64,000 bases of DNA from Antedon mediterranea (lineage: Eukaryota > Animalia > Echinodermata): assembly GCF_964355755.1 (NCBI RefSeq), contig NC_092673.1, positions 930,001 through 994,000 of the forward strand. Reading direction: 5' to 3'. The number at the start of each line of letters is the position of its first letter. Within the stretch, counting starts at the first letter, position 1. Shown here one piece after another: positions 1-11,573 of the stretch. Made by a program: the position numbers and the translations under genes. The notes below the pieces were generated by a model. It saw nothing but the letters and a program-made list of their open reading frames with translations, made no database searches and was not told the origin of the DNA.

Positions 1-652
1 CGATTCTATTGCTTACTTTTAATCTATTTTTAATGAGAGAAAAACATAACTATAAAATCGATAAACTTCAAATTTTCATTAAAACAAAACGGATTATTGT
101 CGTTAAATTCTGAAAAGCATAGATATCATTCCTCATTAATTTATAATTTATTCGCTCCTTTTTGCCTTTTGTGATACACGAGACATTACATCTGTTCATC
201 TTTTACATTTATTCGTTAAAATTTAATTTCAATAAATTACTATTTGTTGTTCAAATACACATTTTGTATTGTCAATGTTATGGATTTTGTAATTTAAATG
301 ACCAGAAACACTCTTTTCTTTGATACAAATTCGTGGCTGGCATTTAAAAATCAGTCAGTTCGGTTTTCTATATTTTACACACGTCTTGAGAGTTTAACAA
401 GTTCAGTCCAGAAGTCTTTAATTGCTAAACATAATCAATCCGTAGTAATTATTATCAGTTTAATATCCAGTCATTTATAGAATAGTTACGGACACATGTT
501 TCTAAAGCGAAAAAACAGTATAGGGCCTTTATTTCTCTGAGGACATCAAATACCTTAAAAGGGGGAGGGGGAGAAGTGGAGGGGACAATTTTCATGGGAT
601 AAACTTCATTGGGATAACCAGGAAAGAGTGTTACTCTTCCCCAGATAACCAA

Positions 653-860
653 TGCGTGCAGATAATAATGTGCGTGCAGATAATAATGTGCGTGCAGATA
701 ATAATGTGCGTGCAGATAATAATGTGCGTGCAGATAATAATGTGCGTGCAGATAATAATGTGCGTGCAGATAATAATGTGCGTGCAGATAATAATGTGCG
801 TGCAGATAATAATGTGCGTGCAGATAATAATGTGCGTGCAGATAATAATGTGCGTGCAGA
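653..860. repeat. Minisatellite, 18-bp unit TGCGTGCAGATAATAATG, ~11.5 identical copies
   Basis: Direct reading; explains the repetitive ORFs HAHYYL / VRADNN / MCVQII. Confidence 0.97.
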
Positions 861-1317
861 ATAGTTGATTTAGTTAAATTATAATAAATATACATCCTCT
901 TCAAATTTACTAAGAGACCATTACTTTCTTTTTTAACAACGCATGGTGCATGTTGCTTGTATACATAACAGTCAACAACAAACACTTAGGGGAATATATT
1001 TATATTATATTATAATATTTCAGAAGATTTTATTATTATACGATACTATAAATTAATGATACATTTTACAATCGTATCAAAGTCATATACTGAATCATGA
1101 GATCGATAAATGTACAAAGAACGTGCTTTCTTGTCAGTTTTATTGATATTAGTAACAGATGCTCGTTCGATCGATTTGCAACTGCCCCCTAATGTTATGA
1201 ATTCCAAAAAAAAGAATGTTACATTATAAGGAGTACACTCGACACGGCAGCGTTTGAATTGCTAAAGTGAGAACTGAAGGCTAGCTTAATTATTATATTC
1301 TAATTATAAGATACAAT

Positions 1318-1350
1318 GATTATTATTTGTAATTTATAAAGCACCTTTCC
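1318..1350 (-). mobile_element. Possible L2-type 3' tail remnant
   Basis: Minus strand reads GGTGCTTTATAAATTACAAATAATAATC, resembling the GCGCTTTATAAAT...(TAA)n ends of L2 LINEs and L2-tailed SINEs; short and weak. Confidence 0.3.
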
Positions 1351-1694
1351 AAAGATCAAATCTATGTACATAATTAACAATATCGACTAACATACAAAAG
1401 TGTGTTTTTTAAACAGCACTTTTGAAACAAGTAATTAGAAAAAAAACTGCGAGAACTATAATGAAGGATAGTTACTGGTATCTCTCGATTTAACCATTCA
1501 TTTCAGTATCTTATCAACTTTGGCCTTATGGTACGCATTTAATTGGGAATCCTAATTATTTTAAATAAATTCACCCGTATGTTGTTCCCATTACAACGAT
1601 TTGAAGTAACGTAAACGCGTTATGCGTCAAGAGTATACAAATAGCGTTGTAAACAGTTTGTTATTGTGTGAAAAATGTATAAGGTCTTTGCGGT

Positions 1695-1875
1695 AGCTTG
1701 GTTCCCACTTGGACGCACCGCAATGACGTAAGCTCAACGCAAGTGAGTTGACCAATCACAAGCGCCAGTTCAGATGATCCATCGCGTTGTTATTAAAAGC
1801 AATTTGACAAATGTTGTCAAATTGCTTGTGGTGCGTTTACGTCCTGGTTTGTGTCCACCAAGTGGGAACCAACCT
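1695..1875. mobile_element. PIF/Harbinger-type MITE, family A
   Basis: TIRs AGCTTGGTTCCCACTTGG ... CCAAGTGGGAACCAACCT, followed by TTA; internal TTGACCAATCACAAGCG shared with other copies. Confidence 0.85.
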
Positions 1876-2418
1876 TTATAGATGACAGACGCGTTATACA
1901 TACAATCATATACACTTTTGTTTGCAAACACATTACTTTTTCTTCTTTTTGAAAACTTCAATTACCGTGTATCAATACATCTATAATCATTTCCAAATCT
2001 AACTTAATCTATATTTATTATATCCGGCGAAGAGATCAGATGCGCCACACTTTTATATGACTCGAAATGCGATCATGTTCCCAGCGGCCAAACCCATCAT
2101 CACACAGATACATGATTTGTATTCCTTATCACGCATTTATAATTGTACACGTAAGTGATATAAAACGGATTCAACTTTTCTCACATCAAAATGCAAACAA
2201 TCAAATGTTATTAATAGTTACAAAAAAGACAGTCAACAAATTCCCTCTTGGGTAAAACGTTAACTATTTAGGGCTTTATAAAGATTATTTCATTAATTCG
2301 ATGATAATTAGAAGAGGTTGGACAGGGACATTGTATTATTTCCCGTGGTTCAACCGCGGCTTTAAGTTTATTCATCAACTTTAATGAGTTGTGTGGGCCG
2401 GGTGACAACAACTGCGTC

Positions 2419-2710
2419 AGATCATGACAACACAGACGCGTAGACCATGACAACACATACGCGTAGATCATGACAACACAGACGCGTAGATCATGACAAC
2501 ACAGACGCGTAGATCATGACAACACAGACGCGTAGATCATGACAACACAGACGCGTAGATCATGACAACACAGACGCGTAGATCATGACAACACAGACGC
2601 GTAGATCATGACAACACAGACGCGTAGATCATGACAACACAGACGCGTAGATCATGACAACACAGACGCGTAGATCATGACAACACAGACGCGTAGATCA
2701 TGACAACACA
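2419..2710. repeat. Minisatellite, 23-bp unit AGATCATGACAACACAGACGCGT, ~12.5 copies
   Basis: Near-perfect head-to-tail units with no spacers. Confidence 0.97.
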
Positions 2711-3480
2711 CAGAAGGGCACGGGCCGCCAAGACATCAACTCAGCTAAGACCTTTAATTATCAAAATAAGTTAAAAATAATAAGTTTTTCCGTTTTATAA
2801 ACTAACGTGTCAAACTTGATATCAAATTGTTAAGATCTCATATATTATAGGCTTAATAATAAACTTGATTATACAGTGGTTCAATCGTTTTCGTTGATAA
2901 AGTGCAGTATTATTATAGCTGGTGGTTGTTTTTCCTCTTACTACTATATTAACGAGCCTTACCATAATCGGAGGAATTAAATTGTCAGAAATTTACAAAG
3001 CATGCATAAATCGAATGTTAAGCGGTGAAAGATTGTTTAGTACAGATTAGAGAGCAGACGTTGGAGCATTCCCTTGCAACGGTTTGATTAAATTTTTAGC
3101 AAAATTAAATGATTTATTCTCGTACTGCAGCCAGAAAGTGGTCTGTACAACGACCAGAATGCCATAAACAAGAGATAGTCACTAGCGATAATATATAACG
3201 GTTCAAAATGAATGCTTTGAATAAGTATTGGTTCAATTAGAGTGAAGAACATGATAGAAGGCGGCGACACCGCCAAGAGGATTCGCAAAAAATAAACGAC
3301 CCATATTAATTCAAAATATCAGAATATTATAGACTAAATAAGATATTTATAGAATAATAAACTGAAATCCCCTTATCTATATCAACTAATGTAAACATTA
3401 AAGTATATAAATTGCATTACTTACAATTCAACTGAGGACAACAACCTTCTGAAATGTGCGGATCAGAATGGATCATTGGT

Positions 3481-3549
3481 ATGCAAATTGCGCACACGAC
3501 ATGCAAATTGCGCACATGACATACAAATTGCGCACATGACATGCAAATT
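3481..3549. repeat. 20-bp tandem repeat ATGCAAATTGCGCACATGAC, ~3.5 copies
   Basis: Direct reading. Confidence 0.9.
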
Positions 3550-4906
3550 ACATCGGACCAGAAAAACCCATACTGTACTTACAACTTACTACCATTTTTT
3601 GTCAATTTGTCCTTTTTTTCAGAAGTGGTACAACACTAACGCATCCATCTTTTATTATTTTGTAAATTATATTGTACTTCTTCCACGATTTCAATAAGAA
3701 CCAACAAGTTGGTAAATAAATTAATAATCATCAACACCTACATGTGACGTAACAAGGGTTTCCTAAAGATAGTGATAGTATTACGAGTACTAATGATATA
3801 TCATTGCATTACGTATACTTGCTGTTTGTCAGCAGTGAATGCACACATTAACATCACATCAAATCAGTACATCTGTAATATAATCGCCTTCTTCTTGTAT
3901 ACATTACGCTTGTATTTTGATTTAATACGTCAAGCTTCTCGACTTTCCTAAACTAGATTTTCGTTATAAGGGATTACGCTTGTCACATATAGCATTTTAT
4001 TGGGGCTAGAATATCCGAAACAACGTAATTGTCATTGAGTGTCGATAGAGTAGAATTAGTTAAAACACCTGTTTGATAGGATACATTATAATGATTAATC
4101 ATTCATGAAGTGTTCGTATTCGACACATTCAATAAACGGTGATACGTATTCGAACAGATATATATTTCGAGAGGTAAGTTATTTATGTCTCGCGCGTTAA
4201 CCCCCACTGTATTAAATCTATTAATAGCCACAATGCAATTAGGAACAGAAATGTATGTTTATGAGCATGCGCATCGGTTAATGTGCGCACTGACGTATTT
4301 ACCACATAGTCCACTTGTAGTGTTGTTATATAGTTTAGTATTTTTTATTTAAAAATAACATTATATAAACACTCATTAAATTCATGTTATTCAGTACATT
4401 CATGTTAAATCAACTAAATAAAACTGTTGTCAAGTTGATCGTGTTCGGTTGTTTTTCGTGACTGATTGTGGCGAGTCCATTTACGCGCAATTCACATAAT
4501 AGTTTGTTTTAAACTTCCTATACATGGTGACAAATTAGACTCATGGTCGATATGATCTTACTACTTTATTGTAAGTTAGTTTTCACATTGCTTATTTTAT
4601 CCTCTAAAAGTCAGCAGATATATATCAATCGCATAGCTAAATTTTTCTTGTATTATGTTTCGGCTTGAAGAAATCTACAACATTGATATCAACATGTTTT
4701 TTTTTCTTTTTTTGTTACACTCTAACGAACATTACACAAATAATATATTCAAAGCATAACATGTTCCTTTGAGAAAAGAAGTGGCTCTTATACGCGTGGA
4801 AATTAACAAGAAAACTGCAATGTTCTTGATGCTAAAAAAGATTGAAAAGTGTTGCTTATTAACTAGATAATAACTGAATGTAATACCGGATTCAGCCATA
4901 CTCTAG

Positions 4907-4978
4907 ACAATTACTCAATCTAACGGATTGAGCCACAATTACTCAATCTAACGGATTGAGCCACAATTACTCAATCTA
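4907..4978. repeat. 28-bp tandem repeat ACAATTACTCAATCTAACGGATTGAGCC, ~2.5 copies, each with an internal hairpin
   Basis: CTCAATC...GATTGAG inverted within each unit. Confidence 0.9.
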
Positions 4979-6199
4979 TTTCAGTATTTAATGTCCTCAG
5001 ATGAGCTGACCTTCATCTTATATGTATCTCTTTTTGTCATCAAAGTATCATTATTTCGTTCATTTTATTTTTGTGTGTGAGGAACTTTACTGGTGTATAC
5101 TTTTTAGTATCATTATTCGTTCATGTATTGAGTAAGAATTTGTATCTCTCTATCTTTAACTGTCATTGTTTATTTTTTTGTGTCTGCCTTTACAAGTATC
5201 ATTACTATACTGATTGTCTTTATGTATATTTGTGTGATATATTGACCACCCTTTTCTTCGTATCGGTACTTTACATTCGCATTTTGTAGGAGTTGTTCTT
5301 ATTTCTTTCTGTATCATTATTTTCATTCGCTTTGGGAAAACATTATTTTTTTTTCATTCTTTTTTTCTTCCTTTCTTTACACCGTCTTTAGACGCGTACC
5401 ATTTGTCTTTTTCGGTCTTTTTCGGACGTCTTCTCAGTTGTAAAAACTGCTGCAATGATTTCCTTAGGAGCTCTATTCAGAAAAGCTCTCTTTGTCTGCT
5501 AAAATAAGAAGAATACCTTAAGTCTTCTTAACAATGGTAAATGATCTGGACTCCTCATACTCAGTTAGTCAGTCAGTCAACCTTCTGTTGTAAAGGATTA
5601 CCGATTTATTCTAACTGTAAGCTGTCTGTATACTGAGCATAATCGTTCGTCTTCTCGCGGCAGCTTTGGGTTTCTTACGTTAGCGATGGATTCATTAGGT
5701 AACTACATTTCCATCATTGTTTACACACCTTAAGGAATAAATATAAATCTTTTTAAAGAAAAAAATATTTCCTTAGGGCAGGTGTTTACTCATGGTTTGT
5801 TTTCAGTTTGCCGATTGTCATCTATTGTACAATGAAATGAAAACAATATATTTTTCACGATAAATGAGAAGTGATCACCGAGATGCGCAATATTTACCTT
5901 TTCCGTTGATTTATATCACGTGATAAAATTACGTTTTTAAATTCTTGCTCGTTTATTTATTTTCTAAATGCTACAATCAATACACGTCATTTGTGCGCTT
6001 GTCAAAATGTCGTTTTCGATTTATTAACTATTCACTTTTGGCTAAAAGTTTTTTTTAAAGTAGGTTATCTCTGTGATATTCTATTTCGCATTAAATATTG
6101 CACTACATTGAAATTAAAATTATTTTCTATCACAGTTATTCATCACAAGTAGTAACGCAATCGGCAATTGAACTCTGAACTCGGTCAATTCTTCTGAAT

Positions 6200-6275
6200 T
6201 AAATGCGTCAACCCAATCAAATGCGTCAACTAAATCTATTGCGTCAACCCAACGAAATGCGTCAACTCAATCAAA
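6200..6275. repeat. Degenerate ~18-bp repeat with TGCGTCAAC core, 4 copies
   Basis: TGCGTCAAC recurs four times at ~18-bp spacing. Confidence 0.75.
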
Positions 6276-6578
6276 CCCTACCCAAAAAGTATGATTGTTG
6301 TTCTAAATATAATAGCAATACGTTTTTATATTTATTCACACGCTGTAGGCCTAGAATAATTCATCTTTTTAAAAAACTTCAATTTCTGAACATTGTGGAG
6401 GTTGTAGAAAGGCAAGCTTTTTTAGGAAGTAGCTGGTTCCATGATTTTTAACACAACATATGAAAATGTACAGTATTCTTCGTACATCAAATTATATAGA
6501 AACAACATTTTCTATTCAACTTACACATATACAAAATCAATCTAATTAGGACTTCAAATTAGCTAAGTGAATAAATGA

Positions 6579-6884
6579 ATATGTACATCCTAAACACCAT
6601 CTGAACACTTGCGACGTGTAACATATGTACATCCTAAACACCATCTGAACACTTGCGACGTGTAACATATGTACATCCTAAACACCATCTGAACACTTAC
6701 GACGTGTAACATATGTACATCCTAAACACCATCTGAACACTTGCGACGTGTAACATATGTACATCCTAAACACCATCTGAACACTTGCGACGTGTAACAT
6801 ATGTACATCCTAAACACCATCTGAACACGCGACGTGTAACATAATGTACATCTTAAACACCATCTGAACACGCGACGTGTAACA
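6579..6884. repeat. Minisatellite, 44-bp unit ATATGTACATCCTAAACACCATCTGAACACTTGCGACGTGTAAC, ~7 copies
   Basis: Direct reading; the last two copies share a 2-bp deletion. Confidence 0.97.
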
Positions 6885-7505
6885 ACATTACTATGATTTA
6901 CATTACTAAGGATTTTGAAAACATTACAATGTGCGAAGAATCATTTTTACGATAATGACTATTGTACTTCACTTCACATATTCAATTTTCTACATTGTTT
7001 CTAACATTTATAGATAGATTAAACATTATTAGTTATCTATAAAACGTTTCTTGACGTTTTTATTTTCAGTTAAATAATTGCAAATTTTATAGGCTAAAAA
7101 TTGATTTTTAGGGGTCTTTGTTGAAAATTCGAGGGCGGGGTAGATACATTATTATTACTAGGCGGCTGCTATATGTACGCGTACGTGTACATAGACACAA
7201 GGGTTGAACGTCAACTACGTCATCATTGCTTGGTGTTGATGATGATATAATTTGTACAGCTATCTAATAAGGTTTCCAACTGATTGTCACTAGTTTATTT
7301 CGCCATAGGCCTACGAAAACATCGATTGGACGAATAATGCAATTAGCGGTCAGATAGTTTGTATACTATAACTCAATAAGAGCTTGATTATCTAATTACA
7401 GGGACGCAGAAGTTAAATGATCTCCCTCATACAAGATTAAATGACATGTAAATAACAAGCAAATGAAATTCACCTGGTTGTGGCAATCAAGTTATTTTAA
7501 CATAA

Positions 7506-7654
7506 AGCTTGGTTTTCTTTGAATGCGCGCAACGCAACGACGTTGTCACCAATCACAAGCTACAGTCTGGAAGAACCATCCATCGTGATTGGTCAAATTA
7601 CTTTTCGACGCGCTAACGTCGTCCCGGCGTTGCGTCGTCCAATTGGGAACCACT
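7506..7654. mobile_element. Harbinger-type MITE, family A
   Basis: TAA|AGCTTGGTT ... TGGGAACCACT|TAA (TAA target-site duplication); internal CCAATCAC / GTGATTGG inverted pair. Confidence 0.8.
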
Positions 7655-9224
7655 TAAACGTGACATGCGTAGTGGTTATTTTGTTTGAAATTGATAATGA
7701 ACTCAAATTAATTATGGTTCGGTTTTATGGTAATTTAAGATTCAGTCATACACCCTTGTAATTATTATCAGTTATCATTTAATCACACGATAAATGTATG
7801 TAAATGTTATATTTTTATTTAATATACACCCTTCGCAATTACCGGTTCCTATGTTGATGCGGAGGACAGGAGGACGGTCGATATACACGACGAGGTTAGA
7901 CACTGGAATCAATGTAATGTTCGCGGTGTATGTTCGAATCAGATAAATTTTGAAATGCAATACCATGTACCACTAGTCAATTGATGTTCCGAAATCGATC
8001 AATTATAAAATTCCATAATTGGAATAATTTTATGTGACATTTCGCATTGTCGATCGTGTGTGAGTTCAAATATTTTATAATGTGGTGAAACCATTTAATC
8101 AAATGTCGTATACTAATTTCAATTTAATTCTACGATGACGCACATTAGGTTCGATTGACATAATTTGTATGTGACTAATTTAAGCGTTTGAACTATCTCC
8201 ATGATAGATTCTTCAAAATTATCCAATTTAGCTTTAAAATGTCAAAACATATAATGTAGATTTTGTATTGGTCGGTGCATTTAGATGTAAAGACTATTAG
8301 ACGATCTGACTTCTTGTAACGCGGGAGTCTATAGACCCACAGGTAACTCGTGACTCTAACACCAGACCACTTCAGGGCCTAACTCGGGGCATTTTCTATT
8401 TATTATAGACCACTGGCTCTAACTCGAGACTCTTTCTCTACTCCCCCCCCCCCGCATGTAAACTCACGGCCACTTGGCCTATAACTTGGGACACCCTTTC
8501 TTGAACCACGACCCACACCCTCCTCCGAGTTACTGCTTGTGTCCAAATTGAATATTGCTTCACTTTTATATATAATATAATATAATATTGCAATTTGAAT
8601 AACTTATGTGTAACGGTTTGAATAATGAGAACTGAGGATCGAATCAAGGCGATAATACAAACGGACATCATAGTAAGAACTGATGTAAACTTATCAACCA
8701 TGTAATAAAAAAAATGTTACTCTCCCGAACGTATAAAATTGACACTTGCTACTTATATTATAATATTCTCATCTTTCATATTTAATTTTCACATTAAAAC
8801 CTATTTCTATATATTATAATTAGGTTGTAGCAGCTCATCTCAACAGACTTCAACGTTAGCATTGTCTGGCCATCGTATAGTTTGAATCCAGCCCAGGAGA
8901 TATTATGTTGTCGATAATAATAAAGCCACAGTGACGTGTTTCAAATTGCGTCTTTTTTGTAAACATCCATTATTTTCTTAAATAAAAACGATTATGTTAT
9001 ACTAAAATAGATTATTATGTTTATATCACGAACCTAGAACGATTCAGTGTGGTGTACTTTTATACAACATCCGGCTAAAAACACAATACACAACTTGAAT
9101 GTGATTAATTATCAAACTCGTATTAATTTAATGTTTAATATGCATATTAATCAATCAAAATAAAGGTTAGTATATACAATATTCAAAATAACAAAATAGG
9201 CATTCAGCATTATGGAATAAATAT

Positions 9225-9617
9225 CAAATTAATATATGTTATTATACAGATCAATTCATACATATACTCCAAATATAGATATTAGCTCTCTCTGCCGTGA
9301 TGTCTCTGGTTGTTTTCAAGAATCTCCAGTTTTCATTTTCAACGACAAATTGTTAATAAGAAAGTATTTTAAAGTATATACGCTAAGATATGTATGTAAA
9401 CATCTTTAAAAACACAATGGACAAGATAAAATATTTAAATGTTAAGATAAAAGTACTGTACAATATATATGTACATATATAAAAGTGGGATGAACTCACG
9501 TAAGACAAACAAAACAATACAATTAATATGTTAATATACATATCAATTCATACAGTGTACACTAAATAGATATTAGCTCTATCCAAGAATACCCAGTTTT
9601 CATTTTCAAAAACAAAC
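9225..9617. repeat. Diverged local duplication (~9225-9350 vs ~9520-9617)
   Basis: Shared TCAATTCATACA, ATAGATATTAGCTCT and CAAGAAT..CCAGTTTTCATTTTCAA blocks. Confidence 0.8.
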
Positions 9618-10173
9618 GAGATGATAAAATAAAAATGTACTTTCTATTGTTAATATCATAAATATATCATATATATACTGTATATATATCGATAAAGAAC
9701 GTGTGTTGGATTTACAGAGATTCATTGAACTAATAAGTCGGCCATGGCTGCTGCTATCATCAGTAATGCTGCTGCTGATAATATGAAACGCTGAAGAATC
9801 GAACGAACTGCTGCTGCATAAAATGGCTACAATTCCGGTTGCAGCCTCTTGCCTCAAATTAATAACATGGCAACATTTTATAACAAATTACATAAATTGA
9901 CAATCAAGCGTTAAACTTTTACCGACGACCAGATTGATTTAGTCTGTCTTTTTTTATTTCGATTTTCATTTCACTTTCTCCTTCGTAATGATAATGCAAA
10001 TTAATGTTTTATAATCGTAAGGACATTTACTCATGATTGATTTGGGGTGTCGGCAAGGAGAAATTGCAGGTAAATGATTTCGTATAAATTTTCGTTTAAA
10101 AAATACTGGTGTCAGCGATCACTTTCGGGACAGGGGATATTTTAGTGGTGTTTGTGGTTGTCCTATTATAATT

Positions 10174-10205
10174 ATTCAGATTCAGATTCAGATTCGATTT
10201 ATTAA
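10174..10205 (-). mobile_element. Non-LTR retroelement 3' tail: AATAAA then (TCTGAA)3 on the minus strand
   Basis: Plus strand TTCAGATTCAGATTCAGATTCGATTTTATT; short-repeat tails are typical of CR1/L2/RTE elements. Confidence 0.55.
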
Positions 10206-10258
10206 GTCATTCATACATAGTATAATGATAATTGTTTTCTTGGCAGAAAAACACAAAC

Positions 10259-10720
10259 AAAACAATACACACATAATATTTACATTCATGATCAACTTGG
10301 AAACTAACAACAATAACTGACCAAGCAATAAAAACAGACCTAATGACCTATCTTTTAAACTCATTTTTGTGTAGTATAATATTGTTTATAGATGATTATG
10401 TTTTTTTCGACCACCGCTATACCGACTGGCTCGACAGGAAGGATACATTATGTGCATCATCATCTTCCTATCCATGCTTCCTGCCATATGGATAATGTAT
10501 AAACAATACACACAAACAGCAACAACAACTGATCAAGCAATATAAAAACAGACCTATGATCTATATCTTTGAAACTCATTGTTGTGTAGTCTAATAGTCT
10601 AATATTGTTTATAGATGCATGTTTTTTTCGACCACCGCTATCGAATGACAGGAAGGATAGGCCTACATATGTGCACCATCTTCCAATCCTTGCGTCCTGG
10701 CACTCCTATGGATAATGTTA
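10259..10720. repeat. Diverged ~240-bp tandem duplication
   Basis: AAACAATACACACA, AAAACAGACCTA, TTTTTTTCGACCACCGCTAT, GACAGGAAGGATA and ATGGATAATGT each occur twice in the same order. Confidence 0.9.
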
Positions 10721-11210
10721 TATTTAAATCAGAATTAGTAATTTAACTCTTTCCTGATTTTATAGATACAATTTGTTTATGTACAGGCTAGTGTCCTTTA
10801 CTGCTAACTGTTTACGCGATTGATTGCATATTATGATGTAAGTGATTCACGATAACTCTTATTATTGCTAATTAACTAACTTCAATTACTAAGTAACTTA
10901 TCATAATAGAAGAAAAGGGGGGCCAGTATGCATCCATTAGTCTCTGTGCGTAGTTGTGTGATTGAGTGAATGTCGAATGCGTTCTATTTCGTTTCCATCA
11001 TGATGTAAAGACGATATATGTATGCTTGTTTGTGATTTATAGATTTATACACACTTTAAGTTGAGCGCATGCGTGTACATGTTGTTTGACATGGAATCAA
11101 GCAGTACATAATACAAGCTATACGTTAAATTTACTGTTACAAAAACGAAGCGTAACGCAGTCTCAATGAACTAAACGATTTATTCGTTTCTTTCAGAGCC
11201 TCGATCTTGA

Positions 11211-11244
11211 TAACTAACTATCCATGTTTTTGTTTATATTTCAG
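11211..11244 (+). promoter_or_regulatory. Candidate branch point and 3' splice acceptor of a 5'-UTR intron of the GPCR
   Basis: TAACTAAC branch-like motif, T-rich tract, TTTCAG ending at 11244; aminergic receptors with an intronless CDS often have an upstream non-coding exon. Confidence 0.45.
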
Positions 11245-11332
11245 AAAACGAATGAAAGCAATGAATCATTATTTTCAACACTGATGACCGAAGTACAAAG
11301 AAAGCATTTACGTTGGTCACAAAGCGTTTGTA

Positions 11333-11410
11333 ATGAGGAAACGCGCAAAATTGATCCTCGTGTTGGCATTTCTTGTTTGTATATTTAGTTCACGACGATT
11401 TTCAATTTAA
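11333..11410 (+). other. Upstream ORF, 25 aa MRKRAKLILVLAFLVCIFSSRRFSI
   Basis: ATG at 11333, TAA at 11408-11410, inside the presumptive receptor 5' UTR; translation not demonstrated. Confidence 0.35.
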
Positions 11411-11573
11411 TCTCTGAAACGCGTTTAAAATGTGTATGACGCATTCCGTAACGCATAGGCGTTAAGTATGTAAACCGAATATTTACTTTAAAGACAAATG
11501 TTATTTAACTGTCAATGCAATAATATTTATTTATGATAGACTGGTTTTAATGTTGCTGAATTAAAAAAGAAAA

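Noticed and set aside
455-985. 176-aa ORF with HAHYYL repeats, and the overlapping plus-strand ORFs
   Set aside because: By-product of an 18-bp minisatellite that is stop-free in several frames; flanks have no protein character.
2419-2710. CRISPR-like regularity in the 23-bp array (also the 44-bp and 41-bp arrays)
   Set aside because: Units are contiguous with no unique spacers, there are no cas genes, and the context is eukaryotic.
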